DNA of 62,156 nt, filler included, from Hausera hauseri (GCA_046269625.1; 10 parts of 10 records of this genome joined end to end with filler, not necessarily neighbours in it); one strand, 5' to 3'. Positions 12,683-26,033 are shown, counted from the first letter of the whole stretch. The notes: a model not told the origin generated them from the sequence alone. A program made the numbers and translations.

Positions 12683-13481
12683 CGTCGGGTGCCAATTAAA
12701 TATTGATCAAATTAATTCAACCGTTTAACAATAGACAGTAGGCAGCATATTGCTTTGTAGGTGTAAACTACCAGTGTAGGTAATAACAGTTATAGCAGCA
12801 AAACATTGATATTTATTTGTGATTAATGAACTTGTTGTTTTTAATATAAGTTAAAAAGTTTACTGCAATGAGCTATTCTACTTGTTATTCCTGTTATTTT
12901 TGTTGTAACGGATGCACAATTTCACTAGAAAGCAGCTTGGAGATAATAGTAAAACAGTTTACAGTGATTTACGGCAAGTATGGGGAAATAAAACGCCTGC
13001 ATCATCGCGCATTAGACGTGGTTTTGTCGATTTCGACACTGGTCCCATGTCATCGTTTTCCGATGCAGAGCATCCGGGTCATCCAAGTATGGTGAGAATA
13101 GAGGAGAATATAGAAATAGTGAAACAGCTATTAGACAATAAAATGCATGTGTCGACCAATGTCGAAATAGGCAAACCAACGTCTAATGCGTGATGCAGCG
13201 GGCGTTTTATCTCCCCAAATTTGTAGTAAATCATTGTAAAATGTTTTATTATTATCCGCAATCTGTTTTCTAGTGAACGTGTACATCCGAAACATTTCTT
13301 TTGTTACAGCTCGTTGCAGTAAAATTTTCAACTTATATTAAAAACAAGTTGACTAATCACAGATAAATATCAATCCTTTAATACTTATACTGGTAGTTTA
13401 CATCCACAAAGCAATATGCTGCCTACTTTCTACCGTTAGACTGTTAAATTTATTTGATCAATATTTAACTGGCATCCAAAG
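12683..13481. mobile_element. Non-autonomous fold-back mariner derivative (two 5' ends head-to-head), TA target duplication
   Basis: Arms ~12683-13045 and ~13155-13481 are diverged reverse complements; each encodes a mariner HTH start (VYSDLRQVWGNKTPASSRIRR / FYNDLLQIWGDKTPAASRIRRW); TA at 12681-12682 and 13482-13483. Confidence 0.85.
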
Positions 13482-15679
13482 TATTAGCTTTGCACATGAG
13501 TGATGACGTTTTGAGCAAAATAATACACAAATATCAAAAAAACACAATTATTCAAATATTACTAGTCAAAAATTTTCAAAAATTTTGTTAATTCACAAAT
13601 ATCTTCTGCGTGTTAAGGGGAAAATTGAAGAGTTGCGAAATTATGCAACATTTAGAAGGCAATATCGCATAATCTTAGTTTTGTTTGCATATTTTTTTCA
13701 TATTGTTAATCAGCATAAAATGTTGTACTTCTAAGACCTGTAGAAGTAATTTGTATAACATGGTTATTAACACATATAACTTTGTGTTTACCCTCTGTCG
13801 CACAATTTTGGCTATTTGATTTTTAACACGTTTGATTTTATATATACAGTTGGTATGTCATGTAAAGTTAATAATTTTAGTACGGTATTTTTTCGTATTC
13901 ATATTTGACATTTTAATGTGGACAATTGTGTCTTAAAAATATTCTTTAATGGAACATATTTATCCCAGTAGGAATGAAAAGTCTAACGTTTGCAAAAGTA
14001 CAAAAGTATACTCATAATCGTTTACAACTAGGTATGAAATGTAATAGAATTGTTTTTTTGTGGGGGTAAACTAAGTCAACGTCGTTTTACCGATTAATTA
14101 CACACTATTACTATGACAACGATATTTAAGCCCTTTTCTTCCTTTTAACTAAATCGAACCTACCAGCCTTTAAGTAACCAGATAGAATCACTAGCGCACA
14201 ACCTTGATGGAACAGAAGCTTGGTTGAGACTGTCTTAATAGTTTAAGAACACCCTAATCGAAGTTTAGTTTGTCTTTGAAAGTACTTCACTCTCGTTGTT
14301 TTCTTCGAAGTACAATTGATTTATTGTTGTTTCCACAGTTTAAAATTCTAATTTCAACTGTTTCTGTTCTATACTATTTATGCAAACAACAGAAGAATCG
14401 CGGCCGATCACTGAGCGATCCGAGAATTTCCTCTGTACATACAAACTAGTTTATCATCCATTCCATCTAATAAAAGTTTAAGTAAATAAGCAAAAGGTTC
14501 TTTAGGTATATAAAACAAAAAAAAGACAATTAAAGCAAATTAAAATAATTAAGGTGACAAAATTATACCCACTTTGCCAAATTTCGACGTGACGCAACAA
14601 TCAAGCGAGAGGATAACACGGTCGGAATTTACAATTTAATTATCGAATAATCTCTTCGAAGACGACAAAATTTATTTGCTCAAAAATTACACTGTGCAAT
14701 GTTCGTAGTCTTAATAACTTATGTTTGTATATATGTATGACATGACAGAGATAAAAAAAACTAATTAATTTTATCATCACAAAGGCATGCTTATAATTAT
14801 CTGGTTCACAAACAATAACCAGACAATAAAATTATTGTTCTTTATTTTTTCTTTTCTTTTTATAAAAGATTGATTGCAAGGAGCAATCTTCGAGCAGCTG
14901 TTCTATTAGTTCAGTTGTTCCCAACAGAATTATTGTGTAGAGGTACAGAAGCAAATTGCACATAAGGACTTCAGTCTTTCACTGAGTCAAACGTAAACAA
15001 GTTCAAACTCGCATGATCATATGTGGCTAATGTAGTCTAAACTAAACTACAATATCAGAAACACAATTGGGACAGTCAGTCATTGTTATAAGAATTATAT
15101 TTTATCTACCAGATTTATTCTGGAAATCCTTTGGGACATATGTGTCTCGTTAATCGTCAAAGGATTAATAGACATTTTTCAAATCTGTTGTGTTTTGATC
15201 TTAATTTTGATCTCCATATTGAATAAATTATGAAAATTAATTAATCCAAATTAAATTTAGTTATTTAATTTTTATTTGTTAACATTCACTATGCTCCTTA
15301 ATTTGCCACAAGCTACTTATAAAAGTTATTTATATTTCAAATTCATAAGGAAACCATGTTATATATACTTGTATCCAGTGGCGTGCCGAAGAAGGGTAGG
15401 GGTAAAACCCTACAATGGAATCTGACTTCAAGATTTTTTTCATGGAGTATATAACTTAGTTAATTTTATTTTTGGTGACGTTTCAACTTTTAAATTTTTG
15501 TACCATTTGTAAACCATTAAACTTGAATAGATTATGAAATTAAAAAAATTGATAGAGGTACCACCTGTGTAAGAAGTGCCATAAACCAAAAGATGCATAT
15601 GGGGAACCATTATGTTAGAATCTTTTGTTATTACGCAATATATATACATATCCATTGGGAAAATCCGGGATACCACAGC

Positions 15680-16608
15680 TTATACTCAAAGTGATTTTTT
15701 CTTATTTAAAGCATGTCTTTTCTCACAAATTTTTGCATCCAACTGATTGAGAAGGTTGCGATAATATTCAGAATTAATTGCCTTATTTTCCTGAAGATAA
15801 TCCATCAACAAAACGCCTTTGTAATCCCAAAAAACTGTTACCATAACCTTATCTGCTGATAGAACAGTCTTTGCCTTCTTTAATGCACTTCCACCATCTT
15901 TAATGCATTGTTTTGACTGTTATTTTTGCTCCGGTGTATAGTGGTGAATGCAAGTTCCATCAACAGTTATGAAACGACGCTTGAAATCCGTTTTATTTTC
16001 CTTAAAACGATGCAAACATGCCTGAGAAATATGCATTCGAACGCGTTTTGGTCACTTGTTAGCAAATGCGGCACCCATCCTGCACAAAGCTTTTTCGTAT
16101 GTAAATCTTCGTGCAAAATATTTCTAAATCGTTATTTTGAGATGCCTATGACCTCAGCTATTTCACCCACTTTCACTCGTCGATCATCTAACACCATATC
16201 ATGGATTTGTTCAATGATTTGTTGTGTTGTAGCATTTTTTGGACGACCTTAGCGTGGATCATCTTTGAGACTTGTACGTCCAGATTTAAAAAAAGTAGCC
16301 AATTTGTTCACAGTGGAAAGTGAAGGCAATGAATCCTTATACACTTTTAACAATTTCGGATGAATTTCCTTTGGTGTTAAACCATCCAAAACAAAGAATT
16401 TTATCACTGCACGATATTCAATTTTGTACATTCTAAAAAATTAATGACACGTCAGTATTAAAAAACTATTACCACTCAAATAAATTGACAGATTTAAATC
16501 AAATTTTACGCGTGTTTATTTAAATGATTATATAAACAAATTAAACATTTCACGTTAAAATAATTTTCGTTCATTGTTAAACCGAGAACTTTTCAGACTG
16601 CCTACGTA
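15680..16608 (-). mobile_element. Mariner transposon remnant (irritans/Himar-like), 3'-truncated
   Basis: IEYRAVIKFF..GLTPKEIH..SGRTSLKDDPR*GRP, WVPHLLT, KVMVTVFWD; TIR-like TACGTAGGCAGTCTGAAAAGTTCTCGG at ~16582-16608. Confidence 0.9.
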
Positions 16609-17640
16609 ACTTCGAGTAAGTCAATTCTATAAAATCTTATCACTACATTTTTGAAGTAAAATGATCTTCGTGCGATGATTTTCATACCAATCTTATGCAG
16701 AAATTGAATTGGTTTAATGATTCTTAAATTCATGGTGAACATATTATAAATATAGTAACAAATATTAATAAATATAGTATTAATAAATATGGTATATTAT
16801 TCATACACTTTCATAGAGTGACATTCAACACCTACAGCAGAGAACAATTCCTTGATGGCACTCAACGCCTGGCCCGTACTAAAACCGAATAGCTTTTCCT
16901 CTTCAACTACACAGTCTCTTTTCCGCCACGGGGGGTGATGTGGTGCCGCGATGGTGGGCGCGTCTGGTTTTTCCGACGGAGAGATTTCGTGAAGTATGAT
17001 ATACGTACAATGGCTGTCATTCCCGAAGATGTCCAATGCACCATCTGTGGCAAAGTGATTATCGACAATGTTTCATATAGAATATGACCGGCAAAGTGAT
17101 TATCGACAATGTTTCATGTAAAATATGACTAATAAAAAATTTGTAAATAAAGTGTGTCCGAACATCCTTCTAAAATATAGAATAAAGAATCAGTGATGCA
17201 CTTCTCTGTACCGATGCCTAACAAAGTAATTCGCTGTTCAGTATTGTATACCATTTATATGAATTTCTCATCACAAAATGTGGAAAATGGAGCCGAACAA
17301 AATTTTCTGTTTAAGTTTGAAAACGTTTGTGACAAACAATTTTGATCTCAGATTCGCAGATTCAAAGGAAGTTGGGAATATTTTATTCCAGCACCCCATA
17401 TATACTGGTATCGCTGTGACAGTATTACAGAAGTTATTATTATAGTGTAGACATTTGTTGATATATGTGTGTAAATACTTTTTGTATAAAAATGTTGTTT
17501 TTTGAGAGTAGTTCAATAAAGTCAATACGTAATTGGATATCGTGTTTTCTTTCATTATTTCTTTCAACTGTTTTAGTTTGCGATGATGGAATTTATTTTC
17601 TATGAATGGAATTCATTTTGTACATTGGATAAATATAAAC

Positions 17641-17717
17641 CTATCCACGTTCAGTTTTACTTTGGAATACATCTCGGGTACAGATAATTTGGTAGCTGAT
17701 TTCCTATCTAGGTCAGT
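17641..17717 (+). pseudogene. Gypsy RNase H C-terminal fragment at contig end
   Basis: LSTFSFTLEYISGTDNLVADFLSRS; resembles 20085-20160 and 39130-39205 on the minus strand. Confidence 0.7.
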
Positions 17718-18454
17718 NNNNNNNNNNNNNNNNNNNNNNNNNNNNNNNNNNNNNNNNNNNNTTAATTAATTAANNNNNNNNNNNNNNNNNNNNNNNNNNN
17801 NNNNNNNNNNNNNNNNNGGATATAGCAGAATATACTTCTATAGAATAATTCCATTATAGAAATGAGCAAATACGAATAATAGAAAACTTTGTTTCAAATG
17901 TACATAAAATCACTTTTTATCAATAAATTTTCTTTAATTTTTTGTTTTGTAACAACTAATGAAACACAACGTAGACCCATATAGAAAAAGTAAAATTGAA
18001 AGAATTATCTAAAATTTGGGGAAATTTAAATACGACGCGATAACTGCCATATCACTACCAAATAATTAAAATACACAATCATAGAAAATATCACAACCAG
18101 TTACAGCTCCCCTTCGGTAGCAATATAAAGACTATCACTATCTTCGTTTCGATTTTTGACATTCGTAAACATCATCTTCCAACATCGATTTTGAGCGGTG
18201 TCAACAAGTTTCTGATGTTCTAGTTGTTTCCAAACATGAAATAGAGGTTATTAACACGAATTGAAGCAAAGATTAAAATTAGGATTGAAAAGTCGATCAA
18301 ATTGTAATTGCTTTTGATGCACATAATAAACGACATATTTTGCTTTTTCAAGATAACCTTTACATTTATTTTTCGTTTTGTTCAATTTCGTCGTGAGTTT
18401 TGTTCTCAAATGCTGTGACTGGTTTGTTTCTCTGAGTTTGGGGTTTATCGTATA

Positions 18455-18470
18455 CCCCCTCCCCTTTTTT
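18455..18470 (-). promoter_or_regulatory. Polypurine tract
   Basis: Minus strand AAAAAAGGGGAGGGGG downstream of the integrase. Confidence 0.6.
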
Positions 18471-21400
18471 AAGGACCTTCAATTCTCTTTGTAATCGTAT
18501 AACTGATTTTCATGTGAAGTAGACTGTGGTGGCGCCCGAATCCACGGCACCACACTACTCCTGTAGCGTAAGTGAAAACAGTAGAATAAAAGATGTTAAA
18601 GGAACAAAACGATGAAGGAGTAGTTTTTATGAGTTATTGCGTCTTTGTATGGACAAGGCGTTGGATCTTATCGATATTTTGTTCTCTGTTGTATTTGCTG
18701 AAAGTAACTGTTTTGCTTTGTTTAATGTGCCGTTTGATTGTATGCTGAGGTGATTGGGATGAAGGTAAATTTTGATTTGACATGTCAGCAAGTTAAGAAC
18801 TGGTCAGTATGTCGTTTAGTATAGATTTTTGAGTTGATGTAGGTTTTGGAGTAGCAGGTAGTCGTGTAGGTAGAAATGGAGAAGAATTGCAAGAGTCAAG
18901 AAAGGTTTGTGTGGATTCAGCTTAGGAATCCGGCGTGTCATTAACGAAGAATGCATGTTTAACGTTGGTTATGTGCACGTTTTGTTCTTTATTGTTTTTG
19001 AGTATCGTAACTGTGTGTGAGGTAATATTAATAATTTTAAACGGATCTAAATAGTTTGGCTGGAATCCGGAAGGTGAAGGGTTTTTTAACCACACGAATT
19101 TTGCATTAAATAGCGAGTTAGGTAAGTATGATTTGTCACAATGTATTATTTTGCAGAAAGATTCCTGGCTTAATTGAACGAAGTGACTTTGTGCAGATCC
19201 AATTGTTTCGTTAGTTGGTGTGTTGCCCAAATCGGTGAGTTCAAAAAGTGCGCGAATTGTGGTACCCAAAATTTCTTTAGCGGGTGCGCAACCGGTGGTA
19301 GTAGACGGCATGTTGCGTTACCCGAGTAAAACAACAAGGAGGATGGTTGTCCAATTCTTATAAGTTTTGGCCAGGATTTTTAACGAGATCTTGCGAGTGC
19401 GATGAAAGCGTTCTAATAAGCCTATCGACCGGGGATTATATGAATTTGTGTCTATGTAATTTATGCCTAGTAGATTAATTAAAGATTTGAATAGGTTTGA
19501 TTCAAATTGGGGACCTTGGATTGTAATTATATACCGATGTGAACCGAACCGGCTAATCCAAATCCTTATGAATGCACCGACAATCGAGTTTATATGGATG
19601 GAGCGCAAAGGGACGGCTTCAGTCCAACAAGATGCGCGGTCCATCATTGTTAAGATAAATTGGTGGCGTTATCGGAAGGTAATGGGCAAACGATATCCAT
19701 GTGAACTGACTCAAAGCAGGATGTACAGAGGAAATGAAATAATGGTGGCTTAAGATATTTAGCTACCTTGAACGTTTGGCAAGCTACGCATTGCCTAACC
19801 CAGCTCTATACGTCAGACCTCATTGATGGCCATGTTACATGACGTTTGAGGAGGCAGAATGTAGCCTTGGAACCTGGGTGATGCAAAGAATGAACATGTT
19901 GAAATGCAGTTTGTTGGCGAGGAGGTGCCAAAATTGGCAAATGTTGTCCAGGTGTCGAAGTATACATGGCTATTCCATCAATAATTTGCATGGATTTGTA
20001 TTATTTCAAAATTTCATTAAAAAGTGGATTTTCGATTAACTGGTCCTTTGAGAAAATTTGTGTGACGCTAATTTCTCCAACTGACCGTGATAAAAAATCA
20101 GCTATTAAATTGTTTGTGCCAGAAATATGGCAAATTTTAAATCTGAATGTTGACAAATATGGTATATGGCGTTGTTTTTACAGTGATGATTGTTTCATGT
20201 TCATTACGTGAACGAGAGGTTTGTGGTCAGTTTGAATAGTGAAGGAACGAGAGATAAGTATATGTGAAAAATGTTTCAGAGCTAAAACAATGGCCAGGAG
20301 TTATCTATCGAAGGTAGAATTACGGCATTTTTGTGGCTGCAGCTTGCGTGGAAAGAATTCTAACGGCTCATTTATACCTTGAGATATCTGGTGAAGAACC
20401 GCTCCTACTGCTGTAACTGATGCGTCGGTTGTTAAAACTAGGTTAGCATCACGTTTTGGGCAAGCTAAAATTTCGACTGTTTTAAGTTTGTCGCGGAGTT
20501 TATCGAATTTGTTAATAAGTTCTATGTCCAATATATGAGCTTTTTCTTTGGCTCTGCTCCTAGTTGAGCGAAAGGAGCAGTTAAATGGCTACAGTGTGTA
20601 CAAAATGTAAAGTTCCAAGGAAACTACGCATGTCAGTAGTGGTTTTGGGTAGCTCGATGTTTCGTAATTGATGAATTCTATCAGGCTGTGGACTGTGACC
20701 GTCAGGTGTGATGACGTGCCCAAGGAAATTGACTTTTTTGAAAGAAGGAACACTTAGAAAAGTTCACTTGCAAATTTTAGTTGTGCAAGCGTTGGAAAAC
20801 TAGTCTGAGATGTTCTTTGTGTTGTTTGGGCGACGCCGATGCGATTAGTATGTCATCAGTGTATGGATATACAAATGGAAAACCTGAAAGAACTGAATCA
20901 ATGTGCCGTTGGAAGGTTTCTGCGTATTCGAAAAGACCAAAAGATGTTATTATGGTCGTTTTTTAATATCTTCTGGCGCTACCGGTATTTGGTGGTAGGC
21001 TTTTTCGAAATCTATAGTCGAATAGATTGTTGTCTTGTGTAAGGAATGCAATATATCCTTAATCAAAGGTAAAGGATAAGCGTCCATGGTAGTGACGTTA
21101 TTAAGTTGGCGATAATCGCCGCATGAACGGAATGTGACATCTTTTTTGGGACGACGTGGAGTGGTGATGCCCAAGGTGATTGCCAGCGTTTTATTATGCC
21201 AGCCTGCTCGAGTGCAGAGAATTCCGCTTGGACTGCCTGTCAACGGCATGGTAAAAGTGGGCGGAGTTTCTGCCTAACGGGCCTAATATTTTCTGTAATG
21301 ATATGATGAAACGTCGTGTTAGCCTGTCGAAATGCTAGGTCCTTTTTAATTGTATGGAAACCAGACTTGACTAAATATTGTTGCATTTCTTGGCTAAGCG

Positions 21401-22008
21401 TAGTAAAGGTTTGATTAGACTTAGTGTGGCAAATGGTAGAAATCGGGCCGCCTAAATCGGACTGCAACAGAAAAGTAAGATTGTTTATATTGGTATTATC
21501 AGTAAGGTTTTTATTCATATTGGTTAATGGTTTCTTCAATATTGATTTTATAGTTGAGATAGGCTGCATGATTGGTTGGTTATTTGTAGTGGTCGACTTT
21601 GTTAAACTGCTTTTAATTATACGATGTTGTCTACAATCCACAAGGAGGTTGTAGAAGGATAAGAAATCAGACCCAAGTATTGGAGATTGTGTGTCGGCAA
21701 CGATGAATATCCAATTGAAAATGTCGGAGAATGGTGGTAAAGTGAATGAATCTTTGGATGTGCCAAAAATTCGTGAAACGTGGCCATTTGCTGTGTACAG
21801 TTTGGTGTTAGACGGGGAGATAGATAGTCTTTTGATGGATGGTGTAATAAAGAAACAGCTGCCCCAAAGTCAATGAGGAAATTAATTAAATGATTGGATT
21901 CGGAGGTTAAAGAAGCTCTTAGTACAAAAACGGCATAAGTACGGCTATTAGATTGAAAACGTTTGCCTGTGCCAGTATGTTCCGAAACATCTGGCAGCTT
22001 TACGAGTT

Positions 22009-22803
22009 TTATGGAGGCACAGGACTTACGTTGTTGGAAAGAGTAGATCGTGGTGAATGAGATCGGTTAACGAAAGTGCTACCAGTAACGCAATTATGTG
22101 CTTTAGAATTAAATTTGTTATGATAAATACAGATATTGTCGGGTTGTTTAAAATGGGAAGCATAAAATCTGCAACCTAAACAGCATTTAGTAGAGTTGTC
22201 TTCAAATTTGGTGTTATAGTAACACACCATTGACCACGTAGGTGACCTCGCATGCCTTGAATTTTTAGGTGAAATGCGGCTATGGTTCTCATCGGAACGA
22301 TTTCGTCTAGGCATGGACAAAGCTTCGATTTTTGATGTGAGTGCAAAAATTGTTTGATGAATGTTGGCGTTTTCGGCGCGTAAAATATTTATCTGTGAAT
22401 TTAGATTAGCTATGTCACTAGCTTGTTGAGTTGTTGGTGCTTGTAATGTAGCGGTTACTAATGATGCTGTATGTTCATGTAAAAGCTCGTGGGTTTTGTC
22501 AGCCAGTTGTGCTAGTTTTTGTAGTGACGATGTGTCCTCTACTATTGTTAATAGTGCGCGTATGTCTCTTGGCAAAGATTGTAGAAAATACCTGCGTAGT
22601 AGATCGGCGTTATTTGTTTGGTTAACGCCAAGGATACTCAATTTATTTAGTGAGGTTTGTAGACATTCTGAGGGTATCGACGTATCTATGGTGTTGTCAT
22701 TGAAATATTTCTGGATAATGTTAACCAGAGAAGGCTCGGAGAGGTTAAGGACGGCGTTGAGTAGTGTTTCGTTTAAGTCTACGGTCTGAAAAACGGTGGA
22801 CAT
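22009..22803 (-). CDS. gag: CsRN1-type Gag with two CHCC-like motifs
   Basis: LLRRYFLQSLPRDIRALL..LAQLADK core; CYYNTKF..KCCLGC and CIYHNKF..NCVTGS. Confidence 0.8.
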   Translation of the reverse strand: MSTVFQTVDLNETLLNAVLNLSEPSLVNIIQKYFNDNTIDTSIPSECLQTSLNKLSILGVNQTNNADLLRRYFLQSLPRDIRALLTIVEDTSSLQKLAQLADKTHELLHEHTASLVTATLQAPTTQQASDIANLNSQINILRAENANIHQTIFALTSKIEALSMPRRNRSDENHSRISPKNSRHARSPTWSMVCYYNTKFEDNSTKCCLGCRFYASHFKQPDNICIYHNKFNSKAHNCVTGSTFVNRSHSPRSTLSNNVSPVPP

Positions 22804-22877
22804 TAAACCGGGTGTCTAACCGAGTTAAATCGGTATATAGGCAAATTGAATATCCAGTAAGTATTGAACAATCAAAA

Positions 22878-23389
22878 ATGAATACATCTTTAAACCCGAC
22901 AGAACCGATGACGAATACGAAGACAATCGAATTGGTTTTACCGCAATCTCCCGATGCCGAATTGAATTGCTCGCAAATACAAATGAAAATCGAGAAAACA
23001 CTGAAAACGCCACCGAAACCTACCTGGTATGAACCACGAACATTCAAACCGTCAGTTACATATTTCGGCTATACAATCAATTTTCTACGAAAGCCGATAA
23101 TGGTCAGACTTGGAGAAGAAGTCACGTTGAAAACGTGCAAATTCGGCCTGCTCATCAAAGCCATTTGCAATGAGGATGTATCAGAATTGGATAAAGCGCT
23201 GGACGCAGTGATTCAGAACAGTCTATCAATCGATCCAGAAAGTTTTTCCATTAAGAAGTTTAATAAATGGAGTGTGTTCAATTCAATGGGTCAACGGATG
23301 AAAACGCTTCCCGATGAATGCAGAGCCCGAATTCAAATTAAAATCATGGGCTACAAGATAAGTTCAAATGGAAAATCAACTCCAGTCAT
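22878..23389 (+). CDS. Intronless hypothetical protein, possibly a viral OB-fold ssDNA-binding protein; 3'-truncated by contig end
   Basis: Open ~170 aa ORF; the C-terminal WSVFNSMGQRMKTLPDECRARIQIKIMGY..STPV pattern is reminiscent of T7 gp2.5-like SSBs of dsDNA viruses (impression only). Confidence 0.35.
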
Positions 23390-25118
23390 NNNNNNNNNNN
23401 NNNNNNNNNNNNNNNNNNNNNNNNNNNNNNNNNTTAATTAATTAANNNNNNNNNNNNNNNNNNNNNNNNNNNNNNNNNNNNNNNNNNNNTCATTTTTGAA
23501 TATTTTACAACATTTTGTTTTAACACATTTGTAACTTTGAGAGCAGAATTTTGAATAGGCATTTTGAAATAATGAAAGATATAACCATCTCAACAAGAAC
23601 TGTCTACGTTTATGCAAATTTAATAAGTGATACATTAAAACAAAACACATTTTAATAGTGGGTTAATTATCAGACTTATGTATTATTCACATGTATTTGT
23701 GCACTATATATTGATTTAATGGCGTATTGAATCTTTGCACCTTTTATTACCATAGAGTAATCGTATATGGAGAATCGATTGGATTGGTCAACTCTTTCGA
23801 ATAATTTACGCTTGACCAAGTTTTATCCAATTTTCGAGAAAAAAATGGACTTGTAAGCTCGATACAGCAAATCTGATCTCATATTCTGATTCGCCATATA
23901 TGATTTGCTATCCCTCTACGCTCACAGACTTATCGATTTCCGCTTCAGTGAGCATTTTAGCTGATTTCGATTCATTGATTTTTTTAACTGTAGCACATTT
24001 TGAAAATTTCTAACTGGATTTGGGGGTTCTCGCACATGGAAATTCGAATGGTGCAATAAAAATTTCGAATAGTTTGAACTTCGATTTTAAAACTCGAAAT
24101 AATTCGAATTTCGAATATCTGACTATATTTGGAATCTCCATGGTAGATTTCCTATCTACTTACGTTTTCATATTTATGGATTTTTGCTTTCTCTGGCCTT
24201 AAAGACCTATATACCTTCTCCCGCATCTGCACATTTGAGTTGATATTGTTCAAACACTATTCGATCCAATCAAAAACTAATTGCACATTCACATATAGAA
24301 TCGTATTGCACATCGAACTGTATGGTTGACAAGGGCTACCGATCAATTTTAAAATTCTGGGAAAATCGATTTTATAGATTAGCACATGTGCAAAATGCGC
24401 AGGTACAATGTGCCATGGACCGATCGATGCGCCTCGATGTGCTCTATCGATTAGCACTTTGTCCGGACCGATTCCATCAATCCTATGCAGCACAGCGCCA
24501 AATATGTCAAAAGTGAAAAGTGCCTTAGCAACCGTAACCAAGAGAACACTTGATTCGAGTATTTCACTGAACGTTATTGTATCAAGTGCTCTACCTACTA
24601 GTATATGTCCAATATTGATATTATTGATTTTTATTTTATAGCGGGAAGGCCTATGTACCTTCTCCCTCAGTTGGCGTTTTGTCAGAAACCAATCAATAAA
24701 TTTAAATTCTAAATGCACATTTACATAGTGCGTCATATGTGCTTTCGATTTTATCCGTTGCCGGGTTTAAATGATCAATATTGAAATAATCGGAAATCCG
24801 TTATTATTCATTTTTCCACATTTGCGCATGTGCTGCGCACCTGCACTGTGTACTAATCGATGCTCACTGATGTGCTCTATCGATGAACACTTTATCCCGA
24901 TCGATTCGATCTATATAGCGTTGTGCAATTACCGATTGGTCAAACGTGCAAAAATGTGCTTAGCGACAATACCTGGCAACACCCTTGCCTGGCACATGTG
25001 CTGATTGATAGTGCTGCGTGTGCACTATCGATTTGCACATGTGCAACATTTATTTGTCGATACCCCCCCCCAGGTGAGGGAGAAGGTACATTTTCCTCCA
25101 ACAACAGAAAGGGTGTGA

Positions 25119-25661
25119 ATGTCATACGTATCGATTGGAGACAACATCTATTGCGACTCTGTAGCACATATCTGTCAACACTTTTTAAATCAAAAGTACA
25201 AGGACATATTTAAAGTATGCAAGTCAGATGCAAGTAGGTACATGAAATTTGAACTGACTAAAGATACTGTCGACATTTCATTGGGCAAAGCTTTGGTCAT
25301 GGTATTGGGTTTTGAAAACCAGCGGTTTGAGGCATTGAATACGAAGCCGGCGGCGGCACATGTTGCAACTCTTAAACACAAACTAAAAACTGGACTTAGT
25401 CAAATGTACATTTATGTGAACGTCACCGAACTGATTTTGGTCGGTGGAGTACGTGTACCACTACACTGTACAATTTATCTGCAAATCATCAAGTATACTG
25501 CTGGTGACGATAAGTCAAGCTCGATAATCCAATGTACCTACATGTACAACTACATTTATAAAGAATGTTGAAGTGAATATCCCATGTGACGTGGGCTATC
25601 TTATTGAATTTCCGTGCGGTACCACAACCAGTCTAACTCTTCATTTCCGTAAAATTCAATA
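25119..25661 (+). pseudogene. Minor capsid protein (penton-like), 3' half only
   Basis: MYIYVNVTELILVGGVRVPL..TTTSLTLHFRK; homologous to 1280-1815. Confidence 0.8.
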
Positions 25662-25666
25662 ACAAA

Positions 25667-26026
25667 ATGATTGATTCTGAAATCGTTTCCATTTACAGTA
25701 AATCCCAGCATGGCGGTGAAATGCCGTATTTCGTTGGTAAACAGTACGGCTCAAGATGGTTGCGTACATTGGCACGTTTAGCATTTCCGGTGTTGAAGCG
25801 TATTGGAGCCGTGGCAACAAAATCAGCACAGGACGTACTATATGAAAACAAATCGATTTTACCGTCATTGAAGGATCACGCATTGTCAGAAATAAAAAGC
25901 GCTGCACCGAGATTCGTTGAATCAATCAGAAAACAATTCGCTGGCAGTGGCTTTAGAAAATGCCGTAGAGCATCATCGAGCTCATCAACTATAAACAAAC
26001 GTCGTTGTCGTACGATTTTCGATTAA
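25667..26026 (+). CDS. Polinton core/membrane-active protein (PM / pVII-pX-like)
   Basis: Intact 119 aa; QHGGEMPYFVGKQYGSRWLRTLARLAFPVLK; basic tail; lies directly upstream of MCP. Confidence 0.78.
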   Translation: MIDSEIVSIYSKSQHGGEMPYFVGKQYGSRWLRTLARLAFPVLKRIGAVATKSAQDVLYENKSILPSLKDHALSEIKSAAPRFVESIRKQFAGSGFRKCRRASSSSSTINKRRCRTIFD

Positions 26027-26033
26027 CAGACAA

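Larger units (their letters stand above)
18455..22810 (-). mobile_element. Degenerate Ty3/Gypsy element, CsRN1-like
   Basis: Gag 22009-22803, protease remnant ~21650-21900, RT CGDYRQLN..DAYPLP..IDFEKAYHQIP, RNase H LTTDAS, integrase MDRASCWTEAVPL..QGPQFES..LERFHR; PPT at the 3' end. Confidence 0.92.

Noticed and set aside
14113-14599. Possible second solo LTR
   Set aside because: TG..CA-like ends and an AATAAA, but no TSD, PBS or second copy in the window.
16797-17050. GC-richer island with short ORFs and a CxxC
   Set aside because: No recognisable family; too short and broken to call.
17049-17129. Two ~41-nt direct repeats as a CRISPR-like array
   Set aside because: Only two adjacent copies with no spacer; a simple local duplication.
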